Of a DNA stretch of 64,000 nt, positions 40,144 to 52,660 are shown piece by piece. The translations under genes were made by a program, and so were the position numbers. The notes beneath the pieces are model-generated. The model was not told the origin of the DNA and searched no databases. It saw nothing but the letters and a program-made list of their open reading frames with translations. The stretch is from Octopus sinensis. Lineage: Eukaryota. How positions within the stretch are numbered: the stretch's first letter is position 1; the number at the start of each line of letters is the position of its first letter. The stretch is taken from NCBI RefSeq assembly GCF_006345805.1, contig NW_021833007.1, positions 1-64,000 of the forward strand, read 5' to 3'.

Positions 40144-41150
40144 TTAACGAATGTTGCCAATGTGCGTGTGTGTGAGCATGTGCGTGTGTGGAGTGGACAT
40201 GCACGGAAAGGTGTTGCTATAGCAAGCAGCTAGCTTCCTGTAACTCTCTTCCGTTGTTGATATTTGGTTTTCTTTGGTGTACGAGGATGGCCTCAGAGAT
40301 TCTAAGGTTGCCCTGTTCTGTTCTGTTGCCCTGATGTGCCCTGTGAATTTCTGGGTCTGGCATTTCCATAGATATTTCCTTACAGAAGTGTCTCCCTGCA
40401 TGTGTTCCTTTATGCGTATATGCAGTTTTCTTATTGTGCTTCCTATGTAGGATGCGTCACATTTGCCACAGATGATCTCATATACAACATTGGGTCCTCT
40501 GGCACAATTCAGTGTCATTGATGGAGCAGTTCGAATATGAATCAGTGTTATTGATGGAGCACTCCTCAGAGTAGTGAGAGGTGTTGTTCTTGGACAGAGC
40601 TTTTCTCAGGGAAGGGCTGTGTGCACTCTCTGTATGTCGCGTCCTTCTCTGCGGACTGCGTCTTGTACCACTGCAGTAGTTCTGTCATCAAAATGTGGTA
40701 ACTTTACGAAGCACGTGCCAGACTTGGGAATTCGATGGTTCTTCCAGTGTTTATTGACCCTGATGTTCTTTAGGTGCTGTTGTTTTGCTAAAGAATGGTG
40801 GGTAACCATTCAGGGTTAGGTCTCTGAAGAACTGTTTGGTGTTGATGGCTTTGTCAGTCCCTTCACTGCAATTGTTGTTTATATGCGCACTCTGGTTTGT
40901 CATGTAAGCAGCTTTGTCTCTGGTAGGTAAGGCTGATTAGTAGTGGACAAAAAGTTTTCTGCTAGTGGCTTTTCTGAAGAAGTTGGTAAATATGGAGCCT
41001 TCCTCAATGATCCTGAGTTGAAAGTTGAGTAGAAAGAGGGTTCCAGATTTGTCTGGATGTTCAATCTACAATTTGATAGTTGCTAGCACGGTGCCGTTCT
41101 ATTCTTGAATTTGCTGAGTTGTTTAGGTCTTTTGTTGAATATGTTTGTAA
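40144..41150 (-). mobile_element. Penelope-like retroelement fragment (RT thumb plus GIY-YIG endonuclease), decayed
   Basis: ORF 40144..40518 has C...NVVYEIICGKCDASYIGSTIRKLHIRIKEH (PLE GIY-YIG). Upstream frames give HPDKSGTLFLLNF...FFRKAT...FVHY-x-SALP. Confidence 0.9.
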
Positions 41151-41654
41151 CTTTGCTATTTTATTGTACCTCCCTGAATGATAGTTGCTAAATTGTCTTT
41201 GTTTCTTTTTAATACCCCAGAGTAAATGTTAATTGCAACTTGTAACACTGAATGATAAAAGTTACGATGAACTACAAATTTTAGATAATAAGAAATTCTA
41301 TTGTCTTTCCATATAAATAATCTGCCTAATTTTCTTTGCATTATCTATGTTACAAATTTAAAAAATACTAAAGAAAGTAATTTTGTGCACATAAAATAAC
41401 TTCCAGATTGCCAAAAGAATACTAAAAACTACTTTATAGCAAATTTGAATTATTTAAACAATTCAAAAATTGTGTCATAACATTGTCAGATGTACCATGT
41501 TCTTTGAATATGTCATTTCAACTTTTACATGATAATTGAATTGCTTTTCCTATATGTAGATTATTTTGAAAATTTTATTTTCTTGACACAAATTCCTTAC
41601 CACAGATGACATCATGATAGCTTCTTATTATCTCCCTTGAATTTAAAAAATATA

Positions 41655-41686
<32 letters not shown>

Positions 41687-41745
<59 letters not shown>

Positions 41746-43048
41746 CAAGATGTGTGTGCGTGTGTGTGTACGTGATTGTAGTTTATGCACATCCACAAAT
41801 TAGCACGCATGTCGCTCAAATTTTAGGAGGACATTCGTCAACATCCTATCTGGTTTTGTCAACTTATTTTTTTCCCGAGGTACCCGCGGATAGCATTAAA
41901 TTCTATTTTCAACCATAGCTTTTAGCCATAAAAATATCAGCCATTGCTTTTTGATGGCGTCTAACAAAATAAAAATACAATAAAGAAAAGTGGAAGAGGG
42001 GCAGAGAGTTTCATGGGAAAGACAAGTGAGAGAGGGAGAGAGAGAGAAAGTAAGTGACGACGTTCATAAAAAATATCAGCCATTGCTTTTTGATGGCGTC
42101 TAACAAAAAAAAAGTGGAAGAAGGTGACAGAGAGTTTCGCGGGAAAGACAAGTGAGAGAGGGAGAGAGAGAGAAAGTAAGTGATGACGTTGATAATCTAT
42201 TTTCAGCCTTAATTTTTGATGGCGTCTAACAAAAGAAATAAGATAAAGAAAAGTGGAAGAGGGGCAGAGAGTTTCATGGGAAAGACAAAGTGAGAGAGGG
42301 AGAGAGAGAAAGTAAGTGACGACGTTCATAAAAAATAAAATGTAAAGTTTTTGTTTTTTGTTTTTGAAAGACACTATATTTTATAATCATAGTATATATA
42401 CTTTCTCACACAACAATTACAATATATTTATTTAAAATCATTTATCTATTTTAAATCGTTCATATTTCTCCCCCTCTCTCTCACACACATTACTTTGGGT
42501 GCGAAAGAGTTTTGTTTTTATTTTATGCCGAGTAAAAATTATTTTGTTGAGAATCCATTTATTTAACAAAAAAGAAACAAAGAGGTGAGTAACAATTTGT
42601 CAGTGAATTACACAATATAAATGAGTACAATTTCCGAGGCTTCCACCCCACCCCACTCTGTTTCACGGACCACACAAAGGGTTTTGTAGCATATTAGGGT
42701 GCCAGAGAAGTTGATTCCATGCAAAAAACCCGATTTTTTTTCTTAGTGAAAATCGTGCGAGTGTTAATCTGCAACTTTAACATTTTTCCATTCGTTTCTG
42801 TTTATGAATGTGTATGCATGCACAAAACATGCAATAGGTGTATGTATGCCCATATATATTTATATTATATTATATATGTATAATATATATAATATATATA
42901 ATATATATATGATATATATAATATAACCAATTTCAACAGATTTTGTCCAAATTTGTCGTCGATATAACTTAGTTTGTTTTGAAATAAAGAACTTGATTAG
43001 CTTAATAATCGTAACTTAATCCCGGGCAAGGCCGGGTTATACTGCTAG
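41687..43048 (+). mobile_element. Non-autonomous Helitron
   Basis: The 3' end has a GC hairpin CCCGGGCAAGGCCGGG then TTATACTG-CTAG|T (43021-43048). The 5' end is TC..(TA)n..AAGGCAAGATGTGTG and its exact start is uncertain within the microsatellite. Confidence 0.8.
41931..42332. repeat. Three tandem ~120-140 bp units inside the Helitron
   Basis: TTTTGATGGCGTCTAACAAAA...GGAAAGACAAGTGAGAGAGGG...AAGTAAGTGA(C/T)GACGTT repeated three times. Confidence 0.9.
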
Positions 43049-44931
43049 TTTCAAATCTTATCAGCAGAATTGCTTTCTATACATTCAATTTCTATCTTAT
43101 TCATCTTATCTAGTATGCGAAAAACGGAATCTAAGGAAGCTGGGGATTGTTTTTATCATGAAAAATTATTCAGTAAAGTTCATGTCAATTTTACGTGGCT
43201 GAAGAAGAGGAATCAAAAGGTTTTAGGTTCTTTCATTTGTGAAAGAAACATTTCTTCTGTTTTAAGGAATTTTTTTTTCGTTCTGAGTTGAAGGATGTTC
43301 GGGAGACCCCATAATCGTCTTCTCCCCACGGGATACAAACTTATCCAAATTTACACCCCCAAAAAATCAGACTCATTATCCCACAGCATTTTATATTTAA
43401 TTAATTTAAATTCCTTGCTTTCTTGACAAAAGTTTGTAATTATACTTGAATTTCTAAAAAAATTATTAAGGGTATAATTGTATTCAAATTTAATTATTAT
43501 GCATATTAGTGAACACAATTTGAGCACTTGAAACAAGGGAGGCAACTCCTCATGACTTATTGGTACCTTCCTAAAGCAAGAATTTTATCCTGATAGATTC
43601 ACTGCATTATCGATAAAAATGATATAATACAGACACCCATGTATACACACACACACACACACACATACACACACACGCATGCACACATATATACAGTCAA
43701 TTCAAATAATATATATAACGTTGGTATAATTATATATGTATACTCCTACCGACTCTATTTCTTCATAACTTTCTGAAAAATGTACATTTTAATAAAATTT
43801 TGAACTAATATGTTTCAGTAGGTGTGGATTAGGACTATGTCAGAATTTGATGTGCAAAAAAGTGGAAGGAGGAAGTAATGTGGAGGCAGATAATTCACAC
43901 ACTTTATCAAAACGGAATGAGGAAACAAAGTTGAGATGTGGGAATTATTCACCCCCACCCCAGTTTTTTTTCTGTTTTCATATCAAATTCTGACATAATT
44001 GTAAACATCTGCATTGTCAAAAACATATTTGTAGAAAATTTTATTAAAAAAGAAATCTTTTTCCAGAAAGTTATCAAGAAACAAATTGAAGTAGTGCAAA
44101 TTATCTAAAACTCCTCTCTTTTACCATGAAGAAATTTTTCACAACAAATTCCAATATAACTTAATCTATACCATCAAAATGTTTCCCAGGAAAATTCATT
44201 AAAATAATATACCATTTTTTTCTGAAACAAAGGGTGGTATCTATAGTTACGTCATAACTTTAGTTATTTCCTTATAATCATCAATCAGTTTCAATGAACA
44301 TCTGTCTCTTTTGTGAGTCTTCCGGTGGTTAATGCATTTAAATCTTTAATATGCATATACTCTTCAAATAGATAACGATGATACATGGGTGCCCCATCCC
44401 AAACAATCAAGCGTGCATCGTGAAGCAAACGGTCAGTGACATCAAGAAAAGATATTTTGCATGTTTAATTACAGTTTACCAGTATGGGGAGCTTGAATCG
44501 AGAATGAGCAGTGTGACCTAGCTTGATGGTGCCGCAATAGCTAGTTGGTTGTTTTTGCGCACATAAGACAGTAATATATTAAGAAGAAAAGTTTTGCCAG
44601 TACCCCCGGGTGCATCAATAAATATCAAACCACCTTCATTTCTATCAATTTACTGTTGAATATTTTCAAAAATGATTCTTTGGTCATTCTTTAACATATG
44701 GATGTTAGCATTGAAAAATACTTCTGCATTTGGATCCATCTCATCTTCATGAAGTAGAACATGTAGTAGCTAAAATAGTTGAATGATCTATCTTGCAAGC
44801 AGTGTTATAGAGTAATCTCCTTCAATAAGTTTCTCGGAAGATTCTGCTTCATAAGTAATTCTTAACTACTCAAGAAGCTTCGCGTTTCTCTTGGAAGTTT
44901 CTAGAATGTCTAGCGTTCCATTAATAATGCC

Positions 44932-45338
44932 CGGATCTTTTCGGTTTGAACGGCAGTTTTTCTAGCGGTGTCATATGAAATTGTCACCCATAATGATGAC
45001 CCTAGTATCATCGATCTATTGCATTTCAATCTGTTTTAGGGTTAGGATTAAGGGTATCTTTTTTTCTTCAGAAATGTAAATAAACCCAGTCTGTTTCTTA
45101 AACGAGGGACATATTCATACGGCACAGAATGTTTTCACATCAATAGACATCATTGATTGGTTGAAATTGCAGAAATTGAAGAAAAAAAACAAATATCTTA
45201 CAAACTATAGAATTTTCTCAATAAAGCCAAGAAAAAAAAGATGTTTTATAAACACATTCTACCAGTATACGAATTTTAAAAGTGTTTAGTTACGTGGAAA
45301 TTATTTTAAAAAACTGCCGTTCAAACCGAAAAGATCCG
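44932..45338. mobile_element. MITE with 30-bp terminal inverted repeats, inserted in the Helitron
   Basis: CGGATCTTTTCGGTTTGAACGGCAGTTTTT and AAAAACTGCCGTTCAAACCGAAAAGATCCG form a perfect inverted pair. Confidence 0.88.
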
Positions 45339-46344
45339 CTTGCCCTGCTCTTTGCTTCTTAGTCGACTAGACTCTGAGCCATTCACGTCGTTGCTATGCC
45401 TGTCTATTTCTCTATATCACATGACTGAAAACTACCACTTAGCTGTTATTTCTACATTTCTGAACTTCCCTGCATAGATTACTTCATTCAACTAGATTCT
45501 ACATTTTGTTTATATTTCATCAACAACCAATGAATAAAAAATATTTTTATGTAGTAAATATATAGTTCTTAAATTTATTCTCCTTCTTTGTAAGAATTCT
45601 TCTAATATACACGCATCCATTTCAATACTTGATACTGAACATATATTCTACACAACAAACATTATTCATTCGGAGATCATGAATAGCAGCAGGCAATCCA
45701 AAAAAATATTGTACTACGGTTATGCTGACCCATGCGATGATCCGATTCACACAGCATATCATTCAGGGCAATATCCAAAGCTGCTTCATTAGAAAAATTG
45801 TGTTGTCTCATTTGATGGGAGTAACCTCGGCAAAGATCTTCGCGAAACATGTATAATTCTAGTGGTCTGGATGGAGAGCAAAACTGAAGAATACCGACAA
45901 ACAAATTTCGTAAATCATTCGCTGAACATATTGTTCTTGCCTCATTTAGACAAAGTTCCCATTCTTGATCATTTTCTAATAGATTCATCATTTGACATGC
46001 GTGCTTAAAATTTTCGCAAACAACACTGTTGATTGTGATTAAATTTTCAAAGCTTGTCGCTCCCGCTTTATGTTGAAGTAATAGTCTAAGATAAAATAGC
46101 TCCCCTTGCGATGGATGTACTGAGTACACTCTACCAATAGCTTCTGGAATATCGTCACTTTGTCTAACTCTTCTCCTCCAACTTTTATTATTGTTACACC
46201 AAGTATAATGTTGTGGGAAGTCACAATAGAGAATATCTTTTGCAAGGGGATCTTTTTCATTCACCTTGAAATATGCTGTCAATTTGGTCGATCTATTTTT
46301 TGCTAAAGCTTCTTGTGCATGTTTTGGATTGAACACAATCATCT

Positions 46345-46759
46345 ATTTCTTTACTGCCCACAAGGGGCTAAACACAGAGGGGACAAACAAGGACAGACAA
46401 ACGGATTAAGTTGATTATGTCGACCCCAGTGCGTAACTGGTACTTATCTAATCGACCCGAAAGGATGAAAGGCAAAGTCGACCTCAGCGGAATTTGAACT
46501 CAGAACGTAGCGGCAGACGAAATACCTATTTCTTTATTACCCACAAGGGGCTAAACACAGAGGGGACAAACAAGGACAGACATAGGTATTAAGTCGATTA
46601 CATCGACCCCAGTGCGTAACTGGTACTTAATTTATCGACCCCGAAAGGATGAAAGGCAAAGTCGACCTCGGTGGAATTTGAACTCAGAACGTAACGACAG
46701 ACGAAATACCGCTAAGCATCTCGCCCGGCGTGCTAACGCTGATGCCAGCTCGCCGCCAT
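46345..46759 (-). mobile_element. Meta-like tRNA SINE with duplicated 3' module and 17-bp TSD
   Basis: Two tandem ~182 bp units, flanked by ATTGAACACAAT(C/T)ATCT at 46328-46344 and 46760-46776. Confidence 0.9.
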
Positions 46760-48030
46760 ATTGAACACAATTATCTGACAAGTGTAACGGCAAGCATTCA
46801 ACAGCAGGCTACCTTTGTTGAATTGGAAACTCATATAATCTCCAATAAGCCTCTGCCGCTCCAATATAGCGGTAATTTTCGTAATTCGAAATTTCATCCA
46901 TTTGATTTTCGTTGCCAACATTAAAACGCACGCCATCTTCTTGTCTGTGTAAAAAAACTGTTGCATAGTCATCACCTTTGAAAATGTACTTGTAAGATAT
47001 TTCACAGCCTTAATAGATACAAACCATTCAAGATTAATATGCACCTCATACTTCTGCAACAACCAAGCATTATAAAGAACTACATAACGGTTATCAACAA
47101 CAATTTCGCTATTTTCAATACGCATTGAAGTTGTGAAGCCACCATCTCGAGGGTTTCAGTGACGACATTGTGGATAAGAATCATTTCCAATTAAAGTTTG
47201 TGATCTGTAATCTCTTGGATATCTTTTAGTGCAAACACCATTCACCATGCAGGGAGAATTTAAATTTCTTTTCTGCAAGGTCCATGTATCAGGTGCTTCT
47301 TCACCAAAGAATAAAGATATGACGTTAATGGGTTTTCAGTATTAGGAAGTTCAGCTGTAACAATTTTATCAATTTATTACCATATGAATAAGAAATGGCA
47401 ATGAGGTGAAATTCCACTGTGTTCACATGAGCAATAAATTTCCCAAGGACTCCTAATATCGTGCAATAGTTGCTGTTGTTTTAATTTAAATATTCTTGTA
47501 GTGATATCTGGTCGTTCAACCGCCGTCTGGCTCACAGAAAGCTCGTTAACTATTTCATGTCATTTCGGGTTGCATATAAAAGTCAAAAATAAAGTAGATT
47601 TGCCAAACTTTCTAACTATGGCCATTGCATCCTGGTAGTGTTTTGCCACATATCATGGACTTCCTGTAAATGAACTTGGCAATATACATTTACAACCTGT
47701 ACGATCAGTATCACTGTAAGCATAGCATCTTGTAAGCCATTAAATAAATCAGCTCTTAAGGTTGCTTGATTGTTACGAACATATCGTAGACGGGTGGATG
47801 GTACTTTGGAAGATTGATCTACACAGTATTGCTGAAACAAATGCTGACCTAATTGCAATATATTTGTAGATCCTGTTCTTTTCATGATGCGATAACAATA
47901 AAATTAAACTATTGAAATTTGACAGTTGCCATTTTCATTCATTTATCCAAGGTGCTGCCCATCTTGGCCAGAAGGAAAAAAAAACACGGGTACATCATTG
48001 TGTTGTATGATCGATGCGAGTCACTTAATA

Positions 48031-48426
48031 TTTACTCTTTTACTTATTTCAGTCATGTGTCTGTGGCCATGCTGGAGCACCACCTTTAGTCAAGCAAATC
48101 AACACCAGGACTTATTCTTTGTAAGCCTAGTACTTATTCTAAGTTCTCTTTTGCCGAGCCACAAGTTACGGGGCGTAATCACACCAGCATCGGTTCTCAA
48201 GCGATGTTGGTAGGACAAACACAGACATACAAACATATACACACACATAAGTAAATATACATATATACGACGGGCTTCTTTCAGTTTCCGTCTACTAAAT
48301 CCACTCACAAGGCTTTGATCAGCTCGAGTCTATAGTAGAAGACACTTGTCCAAGGTGCCATGCAGTGGGACTGAACCCGGAACCATGTAGTTGGTAAGCA
48401 AGTTACTTACCACACAGCCACTCCTA
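48031..48426 (-). mobile_element. Full-length tRNA/CORE-like SINE inserted in the Helitron ORF
   Basis: Minus strand reads GGCTGTGTGGTAAG...GGGTTCAGTCCC (B-box)...CACCTTGGACAAGTGTCTT (CORE-like)...microsatellite...TGACTGAAATAAG. Confidence 0.85.
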
Positions 48427-49189
48427 CGCTATTTGTAAAGATTTTTGGTTATTCTCTGCTCTGAATTTTGTTACGACCATTCGTTTCCTCATCAAGATTA
48501 TTTGGTATAAGAATAGCAAGCTCATTAGAAGTTGGTAGATTATATCTCCTGGAGTGTTCCCCATGAGGTTTTTTATCCACATGTAAGCCAACTGACATAT
48601 CAGCAGGAATATTTCCAGCGTCAATTTGCTCTTGCACGTATAGAAAAAATTGTATTTCCAGCAGATATCATAGCAGAATGAATTTTTCGAAATATGTTTA
48701 CATCGAAGGCTTGGTTTACATTGTTAAAATGCATTCTTTCCATTTGTCTTCTTATTTGCTCTTCATGATCATAGAAATACGTTTGTAAGCTAGACAGGAC
48801 TGTTCCTATATGGTTTCTATGAGCTCCAATAAATCTATAAAGATTTCCACGTAATCTGTAATTTGTAATCCCTCTCAGTATTGAAGTGTCATTTACTTTC
48901 ATAGAACAAATTGCCATTGCGCTGTTGAACGTTCGAATATTACATTTGAAATATTTTGCTTCAGAAGTATTAGAAAGGAAGAGATCAGCAAGTTCGTTCG
49001 GTAACTCAGGGATATTTTCGATTTTTATCATTCCTGATTTACAGCATATACCAAAACTGGGATTGTTGATTGTTCCTCCTGTACGCTCTCCAATGAACAT
49101 CAAAGCATTGAAGTGGTGGCAACGTACTTCAATGAAGCCACAACTATGGCGAGCAACGTCAATGGGAGCCTGTAGAAGTTCATCTATAT

Positions 49190-49390
49190 CAATGGTTTTC
49201 AAACTTTTTGCTGAAGCGGAACCTCAAGGAAACATTCCACTGGCTCGAGGAACCCCTGTGCAATAATTTAATAGTTTTATGCACACATATCTGCACAGGA
49301 GAATTAAAAATTACTGCTGATTTTAGCAGTTTTGTAACTTCTTGCGGAACCCCTGGACTGTACTGGCGGAACCCTGGTTGAAAACCACTG
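49190..49390. mobile_element. hAT MITE with perfect 8-bp TSD
   Basis: Termini CAATGGTTTTCAA / TTGAAAACCACTG. ATCTATAT on both flanks (49182-49189, 49391-49398). Confidence 0.92.
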
Positions 49391-50569
49391 ATCTATATCA
49401 TATTGTCGAGCTATAATAAGAGTCAGCCTATTATTGATTTGCCGATGTCTTCTGTGTTTTGCTGCATTTTGTTCTCAAATCTGCTCACGTTGCTCTTGTG
49501 ACAGTTGATGTCTTGCATTTCTATGCTGAGCAGCATCTTGTTCTAAAATTTGCTTTCTTCGCTCCTGTGACTGCACTAAACGGAGCTGACGCCATCTTTC
49601 TGTATTCCTTTTACGTTGCTCTTCCTTCTGTTCTTGAGTTTGCCTCAATCTTCGTAATTGCTGACTCAAACATTTTGCGGGTCTTCTATAATTGGACCGT
49701 TCCTCTTCCATGGACAAATATTAATTATATATTTATTAATTAAATAGAATAGTATGGAAAAACAACAACATAATATTGAGAAAGGCGATTGTATTATGAT
49801 GACAAAATTGGTTTCTTATTTACACAGCGTGAGGTATAAAAATGACCAAACTTTCTCACAAACATTCTCATACATACTTGCACGCACACACAGACACACA
49901 CACACACTGTTTTTATCTGAGACTCACAAATAGGAATGAAAGGACATCAAAAAGTATAACGAATACGTTGACAGAGCTATTGAAACGGTACCCACATGTA
50001 ACGGTAAATATTAAGAATTACACCAACTCTTGGAAACACCATTTTGAATCGCTGTTTTCATGAAGCGTTAAAGTAAAAACTATTTTAGACGTTTTGTATC
50101 GGCGAGTATGATAGGAAAAAGAATTCAAAGATCACATGGCAGCATGAGGCAGAGAGAGATACGTGGACAGAGCTATTCCTTTATTTCTTTCACTTTCTCT
50201 ATTTATCTTCTGTTTTCCTTAACACCAGCAGCTTGTCTCTCTGTCTGTCTATCTTCCCTCTCTCTCCTCTCTTTCTCAATATCTCTTTCTTTCTTTCACT
50301 CTCTATTTAATTCACCTCTTTTCCTTTAATTACTGAAGGCTTCGGACACACGGAACAAAATGGACGTTACGTAGCTGTCATTATTGTAAGGATTGAACAA
50401 TTTGGTGTATGACTTATCAATGTACACAATGAGTTTATTTGCTGTAGGTGCCGGGAAGACACTCGGCAAGAACTTAAAACAAACTTGAAGGAAGAAAAGA
50501 CGTTTTGCAAACAACTTGCACATCCAAGTGCTACCAGTCGAGAACTCCACATACCGGAAGCCGGCAAGT

Positions 50570-51700
50570 GTATGGGGTTATCAGGAGGGAATGTGTGCCG
50601 TTTCAGGGCCTATCTCTCGACGGCATCAGTGCGTACCGGTCCCACTTACTGACATGAGGCCCCGCTTACTAGATCAACTGGTTATTAAATAAAGCCCAAT
50701 ATTCTTCTAGTCATCGCTCATCGTCTCTTTTTAACCAAATCCAGTGGCTCGCCTATCGGTCATGGTGGTAGCAGACGAAATGCGTAGCCGTATTTCGTCT
50801 GCCGTTATGTTCTGAGTTCAAATTCCGTCGAGATCGACTTTGCCCTTCATCCTTTCGGGGTCGATAAATTAACTACCAGTTTACGCACTGGAGTCGATAT
50901 AATCGACTCAATCCGTTTGTCTGTCATTGTTTGTCCTCTCTGTGTTTAACCCCTTGTGGGTAATAAAGAAATAGGTATTTGCGTTACGATGAGTTAGGCC
51001 TTGCAGTGGATCTTGCATGCATGAAGTGGATTCGATCCACAGCCTAATAATAACAACAATCGTCTCACACTGTGTCCAACAAACCCTATACGTCCGACTT
51101 CGATTGGAAAATGTTCCGCTATCCAGCCTGCGTCTTCACATTCCTCAAGAAGGTTTACATAACGGTCAATCTTTCGAACCTGAGCGGTGTCCATGTTATC
51201 TTCATGAGGAACCGCTAACTCGACTAGATTCATAACTTTCTTTCCTTCACACCACATTGAAATGTCCAGTTTTTACGTAACTAGGATGGGAAAGAGTCCT
51301 TGGCACCCTGGTAAATCTGCAGTCACCTACAAATAGCTGCTTCATTTTTTATCGCAAACAGGAAGTTTGTTGTTCTTCCTGAAACGGATCCGCTGTCCTG
51401 AGCGCAAGAAGGTAATGAAATCTCTAGTTGGTACTTTCGACGGTTTTTTTTTTCACTGATGTTGAGATCAATTTGGTGCTTTATTGCATTGAAGATAAAC
51501 TTAAGGACTAGGTTGTGTCTCCATGAATACTTGTTCAATGTTAATGAACAGTTGTAAAGAATATGTTTCAGTGTTCCGACCTTTCCGCATTTGCATATAT
51601 CATTCTCTGAGACGTTCCATCTTATTAGATTTGCAGGTGATTGCAAAACATCATAGGATAAACGAATCAAAAAACTTAGCCGAGATGTTGTCTACCTTCA
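50570..51700 (-). mobile_element. Non-LTR retrotransposon 3' fragment with restriction-like endonuclease (Hero/R2-group)
   Basis: CCHC knuckle CKCG..TLKHIL.NC and WRHN (51323-51670), VELAVP.ED...RK..RY...PIEVG (50994-51257), and C-terminal ASHWIWLKR at about 50725-50752. Interrupted by a SINE at about 50762-50980. Confidence 0.85.
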
Positions 51701-51736
51701 TATCTCATCCCAACTTGATAAGAAATGACAAGGCAC

Positions 51737-52120
51737 AGGCATACAGGCATGGCTGTGTGATTAAGAAGCTTGTTTTGCAACCATGTGATTTTGGGTTCAG
51801 TCCTACTGCCCATCACCTTGGGCAAGTGTCTTCTATTACCCACTCTGGGCCAATAAATACGAATTTCGTAGATGGAAACTGTATAGAAGCCTATCATATA
51901 TAATCATATATGATAGATAGATAGATATACTGACAGATAGATAGATGTGTTGTTTGTGTTTTTCCTCCACCGTTACCTGACAGCTGGGGTTGGTTTGTTT
52001 ATGTCCCTGTTCAGCAAACAAGACCAATAAGATAAGTACCAGACTTTAAAAATAATTAAAAAAAAGTTCTGGAGTTGATTTGTTTTACTAAACCTTTCAA
52101 GGCAGATGCTCCAGCATGTG
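51737..52120 (+). mobile_element. tRNA/CORE-like SINE
   Basis: Same family as 48031-48426, with a central (ATAG)n. Confidence 0.8.
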
Positions 52121-52660
52121 ATATAGAATATGAATAAACTGTCTGATACTTAACTGAGATATTGCATTGAAGAATGTAAGCATTTACAATGATGACACAC
52201 AGAATGACTACGAACTTCCCTCTACTCACTAGTCTTGATTATAGCAGTTAGATTAAATTCTAGTGGAAACTTACTGAAAGGTGGTAATCTTGTTTCTTTT
52301 AGTTTATTACAGAATCTGTTTCTGAGTTTATGATATACGACCTTTAACTGCTTTGCTAAGTTGAATATTACAAATTATTCCAAGTTAGGGAAAAAGCAAA
52401 GGATATAAAATTGTCTAATATTCTACTCAAACCAGAGACTTGCTTAAACTTGTCTTTTACCTTCCCAATTAAATTAACAATTAGGTAGAACAAACAATGA
52501 CTAATATCTTTGTTTAGATTCCGGAATAATCTTTTGCTTTTAACATCATGTTCTTGTTACTTTAGTCATAGTTGTGTTGACCGAATAAATTTCATGCCTA
52601 TACTTACTGTTAGGTAGTACTTGATAATTCCATTTGGAATCTTAGCTTACCTTATATATA

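Larger units (their letters stand above)
44300..49717 (-). mobile_element. Decayed autonomous Helitron (Rep-helicase pseudogene) with nested insertions
   Basis: Fragments in order: R/Q-rich N-terminus (49475-49717), C..CC Zn-finger/NIRTFNS (48621-49202), LFQQYCVD..NQATLRAD (47616-47885), VDNRYVVLYN..HINLE (46733-47125), TKLTAYF..IGRVYSVHP..FYLRLLL (45677-46342), and PIF1 Walker A GGLIFIDAPGGTGKTFLLN at about 44578-44634. Confidence 0.93.

Noticed and set aside
45034-45056. TTAGGG telomere-like motif
   Set aside because: Only two to three degenerate units inside a MITE, so not an interstitial telomere array.
46480-46759. tRNA-like A/B boxes
   Set aside because: No cloverleaf can be formed. 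These are SINE heads, not tRNA genes.
50596-50632. CTGATG...GAAAC on the minus strand as an active hammerhead
   Set aside because: The first box is CTGATGC rather than CTGANGA, and the helix topology does not fit. Kept only as a structured LINE 3' UTR.
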